From a virus (lineage: Duplodnaviria; Caudoviricetes), in the IMG/VR virus record IMGVR_UViG_2904399447_000014, positions 25,007-89,006 of that record: DNA of 64,000 nucleotides; one strand, written 5' to 3'. The position numbers were made by a program, and so were the translations under genes. The notes under the pieces were generated by a model. That model searched no databases. It was not told where the DNA came from and saw only the letters and a program-made list of their open reading frames with translations. This document shows positions 1 to 9,719 of the stretch, in pieces (position 1 is the stretch's first letter; each line of letters opens with the position of its first letter).

Positions 1-3000
1 ATCTTCTGAACAGTGACCTCTTCGGTTAAACCAAACGTTTTCACGAAGTCATCCGGCGTGAGAATGCCCATACGCTGCCATTCTTCACTGCTAACGACAT
101 GGGATAGCATATTGAAGGCGTCGATCGGTGAGTTAACCAGCGGAGTTGCCGTCAGGAATACCGGGCCTCGACCACTATTCTTGCTGGTGGTAAAAGCCGT
201 TTTCAACGCCATATCTCGTGCGGTTTTCGCCACGGCACCGGTGGGTAGGTAGGCCAACTGTGCAGCCTCACGGCCAGCAGCATAGCTGTTGCGATAGTTA
301 TGCCCTTCATCAACTATGATGCTGTCAAAGTGCATATCTTCAAAGTACGGAAAGTCCTCTTTTTTGTCCGTACCGGTATCACTGGCACGAGCCAGTATTT
401 TGTTGCGCTTCGCAGCATCGCGGTGCTTTCCACCGATCAGATCAACACGCCCCATTTGCGCTTCGGCAAACAGAACATCTCGAGCGTGCTCGTCTACGGT
501 ATCCTGGCGGAGTGGAATGGCAGCAAACTGCTCTTTGGTCAAAAGTACCGAGCGATAATTGGACATGGGGATCATGTTCATCCGCTCTTTTATTGTTTCT
601 GGCGAGGCGAGTTTTACTGCGTTGCGGTAAACCTGTAGGCCGGTTTTGCTATTAATTACCGGTTCGCCGTTGTCATCAAGCACCGGTACCTGCTTGATAA
701 AACCATCTTCCCCGCGTATCTCATCCAGGCCAACGAACAACATGTTATCGAGTGCAGGTTTACTGTAGAACTCCTGCGCTTCGTGATACCAGTTTTCAAG
801 TACAGCTTTTGGCACAACAAAAGCGGTTCGCTTACTGCGGCCGTTCTCAAAGTTGTACGCTTCCAGGGCTAATCCCACGGTGGATTTACCCAGGCCCGTA
901 CCAAACGCAGTGATCCCTCGACCATCCTCGGATAACCGGCGCACTTCCGAGTTTTGATATCGGAACGGGATACGATCACCTGATATACCGCTCAGGTTTA
1001 GCGATTCCTCGCTATGGCTGTACGGGATAAAGGCATTGAATGAATCATTGTATTGCTGCACCAGTGCTGACAGTGAATCGTGGCGGCGTATCCACTGATT
1101 AAAGTCGTCTTCCAACCCTCGGATCTGCCCCAGATATAGATCTGCATTAACGCCACGAGGTTTCACACCGTTAAGGTAGTTCTCAAACTGGTCAAGAAAA
1201 CCATCGCTGTTGCGTACTCGCTTATAAACCCATTCTTCCTTACCCGTTTCCTTGTTTTTGGTGCGCACGGATTTATACCGGTAACCGGTAAATATACCGT
1301 CGCCGCCGTGGTAGCCATCCTCAGATACCAGGTCGCCATTTTCTATCTGCACATTTTTGACGTATTTAACATCGCTGTACCCGCGTTCCTGTAAAAACTC
1401 CTGGATCACGCTTCGGTCAAACCAGCGGCTGTTGAGCGAGAAATCTATATCATCAGCATTCGTCCATTTCCGACGCGCCTTTATCTCGGCCAGCTGGCGA
1501 TGATAGTTGTCCTTGATCGCTCCATCTGGCGTGCCATCCAGGGCACCTAATAACTGGCTATTCAACAGACCAATATCACCGCTGGTGGCCCTATCCATCG
1601 GCATAAGCGTGCCGTCAGGTTGGACGGCGATCCCGTCTTTAGTTGCCAACAGGTTTAATAGCGCCGTGTCACTCGCCGGTAGGTCGCCAGTGAATGCTTC
1701 TCGGAAGGAGTTTAGCTCGACCGGATCAAGATCAATCTGGTTAAACAAGTGGCGCAACACCTGCTCATGATCCGTGGCGTCGTAGGTTTTCAGATTGCCC
1801 TTGTCCAAATCACCACGCAGCAGCGCGGATAATTCTCCCTCTTTCGTGACGCTGGCCTTGAAGGTAAGCCAGCCTGCGGCACCGTCGCCGGCGACTTTAG
1901 CAGAACGTCCCTGGTGCGGATTTCCGTGGGCAGTGACCTCTTCGCCTACCAGGCGTTGCACATCGGCCAACTCACGATCAAGCGCCTCAGACTGCCAACC
2001 AGTAGCCATTTTTTCTTGCAACGTCTTAATCCGGGCGCCAATCAGCGATCCCCGCAACACCCGTTCCCGCAAGGCTGGTTTTTGCCGCATGGAAAAGGAA
2101 ATGGCGAAGTGAAACTCCTTTGGGATCGCGTCTGGGAAGTTTTGCCAAACAGCCTCCAGCTGCGACGGCGTAAGTGATAACAACCCTTCAGCGTTATTGA
2201 GGCGCGTCACCAAGTCGCTGTAGCTCTTTCCGCCATACTTGCTCATGTCGATAGTGTCGTAGTTGGCCGAATCATCCACCAGCCACCGGCCACCTACAAA
2301 CTCATACCAAACACCGGAAAAGAGTCGTTTTTCGCCTTCGTTTGCAGTAGCCGATTGTGGCTCATCCAGTGAAAGCAGCTCCCAATTAATGCGGCTGTCG
2401 AATTTCTTCGCCAGCGCGATTTTTATGGCCGCGCCGTCAACCATCCCATTAGCCTTAACAACCAGGCGAGAGAACTTATCCTTGCCGACCTTAGACATTT
2501 CGCCGTGAATGTAACGCCGGCCATCAAGATCAAACCATTTCCCTTTAATGAACGTATCCCAAAGAACGTTAGCTTCACGCAGCACGTTCTCTTTTTCCTG
2601 CATTATGCGTTCGGTCATTTCCTGCGAATGCTTTCGTAGCACCCACACATCGACAACCGTCGCCGTTCCACTGTTTTCAAACGTGCCTGACGGTAGGCGG
2701 TGCGCCCCTAAGAATTCGGCTTTCCGGGATACTTTCTCTCTGAGTTTTGCTTCAGAAGTGTTATGCGTAAGGCCGTTCGGAACGATGAGGCAGATAAGCC
2801 CACCGTATCGCACCTTATCGATCGGCCGTAACACAAAGTAGCCGGCTAAGGACTCATCTTTGTAAACCGTATCAAGTTCGGCGAATTTGCCACGGCTCTG
2901 GCCAAACGGCACATTGCCAACGCAGTGATCGAAGGTGTTATCTGGCGTACTACTTGCCAAGGACTCAAAAGCCCCAATATTCACGTTATCTTCAGGGTGA

Positions 3001-3470
3001 AGTAAGCGGTTTATCCGACCTGACGTGTCGCTAATTTCGGCAGACTGCATAATCACACCGGTGGGCTTCGTTTCTTGAAATACACCAGTGCCGGCCGCCG
3101 GTTCAAGCCCAATTCCACCAGCCACACCATATGCAGCCAAGAGATCCCAAATACCCTCGGCTACCGGCTGCGGAGTGTAATATTCGTACTCGCTACCACC
3201 GATCCCGCCCTCGCCGGTGTACCCGGCCAACGTTTTTCGCTGTTCGTCCGTTAACTTGTCTCCGTCTTGAAGGCTGTTTAACAGCATCAGTGCTGCTTTG
3301 TTCGCGCTCTTTCGTTCGCGGTCAATACTCACTCCCTGGCGCTTATCTACGCCAAATGCGACTGGTTTGTACCGCATCCCCAGCGCGCGGATGACACGGA
3401 CAATCTGCCTGATCGTAGTAACAGGCTGGATCGCGGGAATAATTTCAGCGCGATTGTTTTCTGTGCTCAA
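1..3470 (-). CDS. darB: DarB anti-restriction protein (N6-adenine methyltransferase plus SNF2-like helicase), 3' end beyond the window; missed by the ORF track
   Basis: Hand translation of both ends: TTG at 3470 with GGAG 8 nt upstream; N-terminus LAGYTGEGGIGGSEYEYYTP, MTase motif I EPAAGTG, motif IV NVPF; near base 1 helicase motif II IIVDEGH and motif III FLTATP. Confidence 0.93.
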   Translation of the reverse strand, partial: MSTENNRAEIIPAIQPVTTIRQIVRVIRALGMRYKPVAFGVDKRQGVSIDRERKSANKAALMLLNSLQDGDKLTDEQRKTLAGYTGEGGIGGSEYEYYTPQPVAEGIWDLLAAYGVAGGIGLEPAAGTGVFQETKPTGVIMQSAEISDTSGRINRLLHPEDNVNIGAFESLASSTPDNTFDHCVGNVPFGQSRGKFAELDTVYKDESLAGYFVLRPIDKVRYGGLICLIVPNGLTHNTSEAKLREKVSRKAEFLGAHRLPSGTFENSGTATVVDVWVLRKHSQEMTERIMQEKENVLREANVLWDTFIKGKWFDLDGRRYIHGEMSKVGKDKFSRLVVKANGMVDGAAIKIALAKKFDSRINWELLSLDEPQSATANEGEKRLFSGVWYEFVGGRWLVDDSANYDTIDMSKYGGKSYSDLVTRLNNAEGLLSLTPSQLEAVWQNFPDAIPKEFHFAISFSMRQKPALRERVLRGSLIGARIKTLQEKMATGWQSEALDRELADVQRLVGEEVTAHGNPHQGRSAKVAGDGAAGWLTFKASVTKEGELSALLRGDLDKGNLKTYDATDHEQVLRHLFNQIDLDPVELNSFREAFTGDLPASDTALLNLLATKDGIAVQPDGTLMPMDRATSGDIGLLNSQLLGALDGTPDGAIKDNYHRQLAEIKARRKWTNADDIDFSLNSRWFDRSVIQEFLQERGYSDVKYVKNVQIENGDLVSEDGYHGGDGIFTGYRYKSVRTKNKETGKEEWVYKRVRNSDGFLDQFENYLNGVKPRGVNADLYLGQIRGLEDDFNQWIRRHDSLSALVQQYNDSFNAFIPYSHSEESLNLSGISGDRIPFRYQNSEVRRLSEDGRGITAFGTGLGKSTVGLALEAYNFENGRSKRTAFVVPKAVLENWYHEAQEFYSKPALDNMLFVGLDEIRGEDGFIKQVPVLDDNGEPVINSKTGLQVYRNAVKLASPETIKERMNMIPMSNYRSVLLTKEQFAAIPLRQDTVDEHARDVLFAEAQMGRVDLIGGKHRDAAKRNKILARASDTGTDKKEDFPYFEDMHFDSIIVDEGHNYRNSYAAGREAAQLAYLPTGAVAKTARDMALKTAFTTSKNSGRGPVFLTATPLVNSPIDAFNMLSHVVSSEEWQRMGILTPDDFVKTFGLTEEVTVQK

Positions 3471-3484
3471 GCTGGCTCTCCAAA

Positions 3485-3503
3485 AACTCACATCGGTTAG
3501 GGT
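3485..3503 (+). promoter_or_regulatory. Putative late promoter for the portal gene
   Basis: AACTCACAT-CGGT-TAGGGT, one of nine copies of the motif. Confidence 0.75.
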
Positions 3504-3513
3504 GGCGGCACTG

Positions 3514-3532
3514 ACCCTATACCTTGTGAGTT
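3514..3532 (-). promoter_or_regulatory. Putative late promoter for darB
   Basis: AACTCACAA-GGTA-TAGGGT on minus strand; forms an inverted pair with the portal promoter. Confidence 0.75.
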
Positions 3533-3539
3533 TTTATCC

Positions 3540-5198
3540 GTGAAGAAGCCTTCGAAGATGAACCCCGTAAACCTACTGCGCCGTATGATGGGGGGTTATG
3601 ATGCCGGGGATAGCATCTCCAATGTAATCGCCAGCGGCGGCGGCCGAAATATCGTTTCTCGAACACTTCTGCCGACTGTTATCGATGATCGAGAAACGGG
3701 CCTTTCTACGGCAGGAGATACTGTCGTCGCTGGTTCAGTTCTCCCCAGCGATCGCTTATCCCGCTATACCATTTTTGACCAAATGGCTCGCTCACCAACC
3801 CTATCTGCGGCACTTAACATTCATGTGTCCCATGCGCTGGCGCAGGATAAAAAAAGTGGGATGTGTTTCAACCTGGCGCCCATTGAAGCGACCGATAAGG
3901 AAACAGCCGGGCGTTGTAACGAGATCATGAACGACCTGGGAGATATGCTGAACTCAGGCCTTCCATCATGGGCGCTGAATATGGCTATTTATGGCGTAAG
4001 CTACATTAGACCTTACGCTAAAGAGCGCAAAGGGATCACCAGCTTGGAATCCAGCTATTACACGCTGCCTCACTTCACAACAGAGTACGAGCGCGGTGGT
4101 GAGTTAGCCGGCTTCTCCGGGGATTACTTTGTTGACCCACTGACGAACCAACGGGTATTAGCAAAGCCGTGGGAATTGGTTGCAATGAAAGTGCCATACT
4201 GGACGCCGGACATTAACAACCGACCTATGAATACCGGTACGGTAGGATATTCATTGTTGAGTGACCCTTCGCAACGGCAGCTAATTGAGACTCAAAACTA
4301 TGGCACCTCTTTCCTGGAATATAGCTATGAGTCTTTCGTCAACTTATGTGACGCATTGCGAGCGCTAAAAGCCACAAGGAACAACGCCGCAAAAATAGAC
4401 AGGCTGATAGCCTTATCGACAAACCAGCTTGATCCAGTCAATGCAGCAGCACATGCACGTAACGTTGGGCAATCACTGAAACGAAGCTCTGAAGAGATTA
4501 TGCGCGCCTCTCGCAACAGCAATGTAATGCCGACAGTCTATAACCATATCGTTCCTGTTATGGGCGAGGGGAAAGGCGGCATAACAATCGACACACAGTT
4601 CATACCAGCCGATATTACTGGAATAGAAGACGTCATGTTCCACCTACGACAGTTGTGCTCTACTGTCGGTGTCGACGCCACTATGCTTGGATGGGCTGAT
4701 CAAATGGCTGGTGGACTCGGTGATGGGGGCTGGCAGCAGACAGCTATACAGTCCGCGCAAAGGAGTTACTGGCTCAGGCAGGCAGCAGCCTCTTTCCTTT
4801 ACCGAACATTCGACATTCATTGCGCCTACAAATATGGCAAGGTCTACCAGCACAATAATCGCCCCTTCCGTGTTGAATTCAACTCTGTGAACACAGCGCT
4901 TCAGGCAGAAGCCAACCGCGAGCAAGAAAGCAGGGCGAACTACGTGTCGGTTGTCGTCAGTATTCTGGACGCAGTTCAAAACAACGCGCGCCTGGCTAGT
5001 TCGCCGGCGTTGATGAACCTGCTGTTCTCTGAAATGCTCCAGATGAACAATGACACTATCTCGAAAATCTACCAGGAACTATCTAGCACCAAGCAAGATG
5101 ACTCAATGATGGAGAGTGCCGGCTGGGGCAACGTTGGTCTGGATGAGCTTTCTCGGGAAGATCTTTTAAGCATTTTTAAAAGCGCTATGGCGCCATAG
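3540..5198 (+). CDS. prt: Portal protein
   Basis: 552 aa, divergent from darB as P1 prt is; preceded by late-promoter motif. Confidence 0.85.
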   Translation: MKKPSKMNPVNLLRRMMGGYDAGDSISNVIASGGGRNIVSRTLLPTVIDDRETGLSTAGDTVVAGSVLPSDRLSRYTIFDQMARSPTLSAALNIHVSHALAQDKKSGMCFNLAPIEATDKETAGRCNEIMNDLGDMLNSGLPSWALNMAIYGVSYIRPYAKERKGITSLESSYYTLPHFTTEYERGGELAGFSGDYFVDPLTNQRVLAKPWELVAMKVPYWTPDINNRPMNTGTVGYSLLSDPSQRQLIETQNYGTSFLEYSYESFVNLCDALRALKATRNNAAKIDRLIALSTNQLDPVNAAAHARNVGQSLKRSSEEIMRASRNSNVMPTVYNHIVPVMGEGKGGITIDTQFIPADITGIEDVMFHLRQLCSTVGVDATMLGWADQMAGGLGDGGWQQTAIQSAQRSYWLRQAAASFLYRTFDIHCAYKYGKVYQHNNRPFRVEFNSVNTALQAEANREQESRANYVSVVVSILDAVQNNARLASSPALMNLLFSEMLQMNNDTISKIYQELSSTKQDDSMMESAGWGNVGLDELSREDLLSIFKSAMAP

Positions 5199-5244
5199 TC
5201 CAATACTGAGGGCCATAAACGGCCCTTACTCAAAATTTTGGCAT

Positions 5245-5270
5245 AAAAAAACCCGCCGTAGCGGGTTTTA
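5245..5270. terminator. Intrinsic terminator, probably bidirectional, after prt
   Basis: A-run, ACCCGC-CGTA-GCGGGT, T-run between convergent genes. Confidence 0.75.
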
Positions 5271-5282
5271 AGGAAAAACAAA

Positions 5283-5393
5283 ATTAGCCTTCAACGGAAA
5301 CGGTGCGTGTCCGCACGGTACCAGAACGCGTTGCCTGAACGAAGGACGCCTTGAGCTGGCGCATAGCTTCAAGCTTGCGTTCTGCCGCTGTCA
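5283..5393 (-). CDS. Small basic hypothetical protein (36 aa, MTAAERKLEAMRQLKASFVQATRSGTVRTRTVSVEG)
   Basis: Hand-translated ORF starting just after the stop of the 168-aa gene and ending before the terminator; below ORF-track cutoff. Confidence 0.45.
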
Positions 5394-5404
5394 TTTGTTT
5401 CAGA

Positions 5405-5911
5405 TTAGTAATATCGCGTTTTGAATGCATAACCTTTTCCTTCTTCACCTAGATCGGTGGTTACGTCAGATAATACTTCATCAAAAGTCTTTTGTAAAAT
5501 TCGGTCGTAAAATCGTTTTAACTTATCGGTTTCAGCAATAGCAAAGTAGGCCTTAGCGCGGTACACACTGCAATGTAAAGTGATGATCGTTTCCAAAGCG
5601 CCTGCCAATTCGTTCAGATACGCCCGCCCCCCGCCACAATTGCCTTTTGCCGGCGGAGCATAAAAATCGCCACTTTCAAAGTTTTCAATGCGATCAAACT
5701 TTACATCATAGCTATCAACTGGCACCTGGAAACCGACTTCCTCGCACCGATATGCATGGTATTCCGCATCTGTGATATCTACAGGTGCAAAAATTATTAA
5801 GAAGTCATGATTTTTAACCGAAAAATCATACCTATGACAGAGGAATTCGCCGTGCGGGAACTCAATAAACTTTTCCAAATGATAGACAGGCATTTTTATA
5901 GTTTTGGTCAT
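5405..5911 (-). CDS. Hypothetical protein, 168 aa
   Basis: Clean AT-rich ORF inserted between prt and pro; no family recognised. Confidence 0.7.
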   Translation of the reverse strand: MTKTIKMPVYHLEKFIEFPHGEFLCHRYDFSVKNHDFLIIFAPVDITDAEYHAYRCEEVGFQVPVDSYDVKFDRIENFESGDFYAPPAKGNCGGGRAYLNELAGALETIITLHCSVYRAKAYFAIAETDKLKRFYDRILQKTFDEVLSDVTTDLGEEGKGYAFKTRYY

Positions 5912-6037
5912 TGTCGATACGACATCTTAACTCAATACGCGTAACAAAACCTACAAATGAGCCTACTTCATAACGCATAAGTATGAATTATGATTTCATA
6001 CTTGCGCAACATCAACCACTATTCATACATAATATGT

Positions 6038-6457
6038 TTAAGGGCGACACAAGAGCAAAACAGGATCATCACTCTCAACACCGTTCGCTATGGCCATTTC
6101 CCGGTAACTATCAAACAGCTCAACCCCGCCATCCTCAACTTCTGGAATCTCACCCCGGATATAACCCAAACGCACAGCCAAATTGTGGTCAGCCCCGCGC
6201 AGAAGGAATCCCGCACACTTAGCACTATTTTCCACCCCGCTATCGTGACAAGCAAACACGCTGGTCGCCTGGTCATAGCTTGTTCTGGCTGAGTGGCGAA
6301 ATGCCTGTGCCGGAAACTCGCCTACTGCATCCTTTCGCCACGGGCACTTAGGACACGGTTTACGCCGGCAAGATTTCCCGCCCCCTTTGACCGTCACTAC
6401 TTGATGCTCATCGCCGGCAGCTCGAGTTTCAATAATTTCTGGTTTGTTCGGTATCAT
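6038..6457 (-). CDS. Cys/His-rich putative metal-binding protein (resembles DUF6283 family)
   Basis: CPKCPWRKDA...FACH...CAGFLLRG...NLAVRL pattern; preceded by the CTAAT-N5-ATTAG palindrome. Confidence 0.65.
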   Translation of the reverse strand: MIPNKPEIIETRAAGDEHQVVTVKGGGKSCRRKPCPKCPWRKDAVGEFPAQAFRHSARTSYDQATSVFACHDSGVENSAKCAGFLLRGADHNLAVRLGYIRGEIPEVEDGGVELFDSYREMAIANGVESDDPVLLLCRP

Positions 6458-6499
6458 GTTCCCTAGGTTCTCTTTCGTCGATTGAACGGTGATGATGTT

Positions 6500-6520
6500 A
6501 ATCTAATTAACTATTAGATT
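6500..6520. promoter_or_regulatory. Putative repressor operator
   Basis: Perfect palindrome AATCTAAT-TAACT-ATTAGATT. Confidence 0.65.
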
Positions 6521-6539
6521 AAAGTTAATATCCACTCTT

Positions 6540-6558
6540 AACTCACTTCGGATAACGT
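6540..6558 (+). promoter_or_regulatory. Putative late promoter for pro
   Basis: AACTCACTT-CGGA-TAACGT. Confidence 0.75.
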
Positions 6559-6599
6559 TTCCCGTCGCACTGAGCATCACTCATAACCAAGGGGGAACC

Positions 6600-7622
6600 A
6601 TGCCCACACAAGCACTACGAACTGTTACTGACCGATTTTCCCTTGTCGATAACATTCGCAAACATACCGCACACAATGGTCGCAACTACCTAATGAGTGC
6701 AATCCGCGCAACCATTAGCTCACCTGAAGTGCAAGAACGTATCAACTTAGGCGAAATGTATGGGTATTACAGCCATACTAATCGGGCCTTATATCATAAG
6801 GAAACTGGCAATCTCGACCTGCCGGAAGTCTGTTATGTCACCATCGACGGCAAACCCGTCATGTTGAAGAACGTGCCCTCAAACAGAACATTAGCGATCA
6901 GTATTGATGATGAGGGTATCGTAGAACATACCCAGGAAATTTTAGACACAGAGCCAGGTCATATTGTTAACGGCATGGAACGGTCAATGGCAGGTGGCTG
7001 GAGCTGGGCGACTGGTGGCAGCGACACAGCAATTTCACGCGTAACTAGTTTCCACGGTTTTGACTATGTAACTACACCGAACTACATCAGTCTTAATCGA
7101 AAAGCAGCAATGCTGGAGGGCGTGTCCGATATGCACACCTGGCGCCTGGAAGAGCTAATCAAGTCTGGTTACACAGAACAAGGCGCCTCCGATATCCTGA
7201 AGCATTTTGACCAGATGCAGTCCCACGAAATGATGTTCGAATCAGCACAAAGAAACGTTCACCTACAAAGCGACCTTCTTATCATGCAAGGTCAGATGAT
7301 GGAGTTAGAGGATAAAATTCGACAAAGTGGTACGGCATTGGATGAAGCGAATCGCGAACGGAACCGCCGCGACGCCATGTTAGAAACGGCAATCAGAACC
7401 TTGCCGATTTTCCTAAGCGAAGAACAGAAAAAGGCTCTATTACGCTTAGATTCCGATGACGACCTTAAAACTGTAAATGCTATGTTCGAGTCCATCGCAG
7501 CCGGAAACCTTAATTCTCTACCTATTGGTAGCAATACTCCCAGAGAAGCGGCGCCGGCCTCCAAGTCTAAAATTGGCGAAGTGCCACCAATTCTGCCCAA
7601 TGGTTTTAAATCCTTCCTGTAA
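6600..7622 (+). CDS. pro: Prohead (head-processing) protease
   Basis: 340 aa after portal as in P1; GEMYGYYSH, GGWSWATGG, FHGFDYV motifs; coiled-coil C-terminus. Confidence 0.85.
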   Translation: MPTQALRTVTDRFSLVDNIRKHTAHNGRNYLMSAIRATISSPEVQERINLGEMYGYYSHTNRALYHKETGNLDLPEVCYVTIDGKPVMLKNVPSNRTLAISIDDEGIVEHTQEILDTEPGHIVNGMERSMAGGWSWATGGSDTAISRVTSFHGFDYVTTPNYISLNRKAAMLEGVSDMHTWRLEELIKSGYTEQGASDILKHFDQMQSHEMMFESAQRNVHLQSDLLIMQGQMMELEDKIRQSGTALDEANRERNRRDAMLETAIRTLPIFLSEEQKKALLRLDSDDDLKTVNAMFESIAAGNLNSLPIGSNTPREAAPASKSKIGEVPPILPNGFKSFL

Positions 7623-7632
7623 AAAACAATAT

Positions 7633-7657
7633 CCCCTGATCACACGATCAGGGGTTT
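7633..7657 (+). terminator. Hairpin/terminator after pro
   Basis: CCCCTGATC-ACAC-GATCAGGGG-TTT. Confidence 0.6.
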
Positions 7658-7971
7658 CCACCACCACACTGTGTTTCCATACAGCAACCGGACAATAACC
7701 GGCCAAAAGATTGCGTAAAACTAATTAATGGTTTGTGTTTTACGGGGATCACCTCTTATCATCCGAGCCACGGATCGAAAAAGGATCGTTCTGATGCTCT
7801 TCTCAATGAAGGCGATTAACAGTATTTGAGCTTTTAACAGGCGAAAAAAAACGCCAGCTTTTAACTGACGTCCTTTTTCTAAATCATGCTGATAAGTTTT
7901 GACGAACTTCACCAGCTAACTATTTCTTTGTCCTGGCGGTTAAAGAAACAGGTAATCAAGGCAACTAAGCA

Positions 7972-9012
7972 ATGACACCGGATGTAATTTTATCCCAGCA
8001 GATCGCTGGTAGCAACTCTGCACGCCCAAAAAACACTCAGGAACATGCAAAAAAGCCAGTTGTGGCGCGGAATCCCTTCGTGCGTGGTGAAAATGTAACC
8101 GGAATGGCGTTGGAGTTTTTTATTCGCCACCTTAATAACACTCTACTCCCACGCGCTGCCTGCGACTTCTTATCAAAAATTTGCAATGTCGCCGCAGCTT
8201 CGGACGCATACCGTCTCTTCTACAGCAAAAGTACTATGGCCGAGAAATCGGGCGTATCTACCCGCACAGTCCAACGATACATGCGTGTCATCGAGGCCAG
8301 TGGGATCATGACACGTACAGCAGTCAGCGACAGTATCAAAGGCCACCAGCCAAACCTCTACACTTTTACCAGCGAGTTTATTTCTGCCGTCCGTGTATTC
8401 TTCACGGTTCACCTGGGTGAAGAACGCATTAAGAACATCCGCAAAATTGCCCATAGCGATCTACAGAAATTCGTTGAGCTTGCGCTTTCCCCTATCCGTG
8501 GATTAATCCATAAAGTATCGAAATTGAAGGATATTTCCCCTTTAAAAAAGGCCCACCCCATAGGACAAGATGACGTTAGCCCCAAGGGACAAAGTGACCT
8601 ACAAAAAGAAGTACAACCCTTGGGAAAAAAAGAAGATAAAAACCTTGTTCGTGCCTGCGGCCCAAACACGGGAATTTCTTTGCAGAAGCAAAACATAACC
8701 GGGATAGCCCGTCGCGCTATCACTAACGCTGAGCTTGTTTCAACTCGTCTCATACGTGAAGCTGAAGCAGCCGCCATAACCAGGGCAGCACATGCACGCC
8801 GTGAACGCGCTACGTTCTTACAGAACCGGAACAGAAGTCACACCCTGAACTCTCAAACCCAGTACAACCACTCGAGGATCATCGCTGAAGGAAAACGCTT
8901 CGATGAGGCTTTAGCACGTTCAAAAGCGGGGGCGCTCAAAGACAAAACCAAAATAAGCACTCACTTGAACTCGCTGAAAGCGATGCTTGGCAGAAAACCT
9001 GCTTTGGTATAG
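7972..9012 (+). CDS. repL: RepL-like lytic replication initiator (winged HTH)
   Basis: KSTMAEKSGVSTRTVQRYMR HTH followed by PNLYTFTSEF and PIGQDD..KGQSD, resembling P1 RepL (ANLYRFTPSF, PCQND..PCQDD) as recalled; start codon uncertain. Confidence 0.75.
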   Translation: MTPDVILSQQIAGSNSARPKNTQEHAKKPVVARNPFVRGENVTGMALEFFIRHLNNTLLPRAACDFLSKICNVAAASDAYRLFYSKSTMAEKSGVSTRTVQRYMRVIEASGIMTRTAVSDSIKGHQPNLYTFTSEFISAVRVFFTVHLGEERIKNIRKIAHSDLQKFVELALSPIRGLIHKVSKLKDISPLKKAHPIGQDDVSPKGQSDLQKEVQPLGKKEDKNLVRACGPNTGISLQKQNITGIARRAITNAELVSTRLIREAEAAAITRAAHARRERATFLQNRNRSHTLNSQTQYNHSRIIAEGKRFDEALARSKAGALKDKTKISTHLNSLKAMLGRKPALV

Positions 9013-9024
9013 GCACTGTATAAA

Positions 9025-9043
9025 AACACACTTCCATTAGGAT
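9025..9043 (+). promoter_or_regulatory. Putative late promoter for the endolysin
   Basis: AACACACTT-CCAT-TAGGAT. Confidence 0.65.
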
Positions 9044-9084
9044 TCGTGACGGCACTTTGCCTGCACAATAAGTGGGAGTTACCA

Positions 9085-9573
9085 ATGAATCAAAACCGCC
9101 GCGCATTTTTCGACGTAATCGCGTTTTCTGAAGGCACAAGCACTCACGTGCTCACGAAAAATGATGGCTATGATGTAATCGTTACAGGATTAGACTTAAA
9201 ACCAGAGGTGTTCACTGATTATAACGATCACCCATTCGCTAACGGGCGTCCGGCCAAAGTGTTTAACAAAAAAGGCGAGAGATCTTCGGCTTCCGGTCGA
9301 TACCAACTCCTGTATCGCTGGTGGAAGCCATACAAGATACAGCTCAATTTAAAAGACTTTTCGCCGGCCAGCCAAGATGCTGTAGCTCTCCAGCAGATCA
9401 GAGAGCGAGGAGCGCTAGCTGATATAGATGCCGGCCGGATAGCTACAGCCATCCACAAATGCCGAGCAACATGGGCTTCATTTCCTGGCGCCAATTATGA
9501 CGGCCAGAAAATGCATAGCCTTGATACGTTGTTGAATGCCTACGTTCGCTTTGGTGGGACACTAACCGAGTAA
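9085..9573 (+). CDS. Endolysin, lambda R-like lytic transglycosylase
   Basis: AFFDVIAFSEGT, SASGRYQLLYRWW, FSPASQD, IRERGAL, WASFPGA motifs; ATG 9085 with GGAG upstream. Confidence 0.92.
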   Translation: MNQNRRAFFDVIAFSEGTSTHVLTKNDGYDVIVTGLDLKPEVFTDYNDHPFANGRPAKVFNKKGERSSASGRYQLLYRWWKPYKIQLNLKDFSPASQDAVALQQIRERGALADIDAGRIATAIHKCRATWASFPGANYDGQKMHSLDTLLNAYVRFGGTLTE

Positions 9574-9693
9574 CCTGAAGGGGAGTCGCGCCCCCTTATT
9601 AATACATAATATGATTAAGCCCTAAGCTATCACACCAAAAATCTCACCTTCCCTATTGCCTATCCGCGCCCTTACTAATAGTATTGTTTCAAA

Positions 9694-9714
9694 TATCTAA
9701 TAGATAATTAGGTT
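9694..9714. promoter_or_regulatory. Putative repressor operator just downstream of a TTGCCT-17-TAGTAT promoter
   Basis: TATCTAAT-AGATA-ATTAGGTT. Confidence 0.6.
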
Positions 9715-9719
9715 TTAAA

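Noticed and set aside
13-3543. Many short plus-strand ORFs in the track, and similar ones opposite ddrB, sit, gene 23 and the tail fibre
   Set aside because: Antisense shadows of long minus-strand genes, without RBS or recognisable motifs
9016-9031. CTGTATAAAAACACAC resembling a LexA box upstream of the endolysin
   Set aside because: Invariant CAG is CAC; better explained as the late-promoter motif
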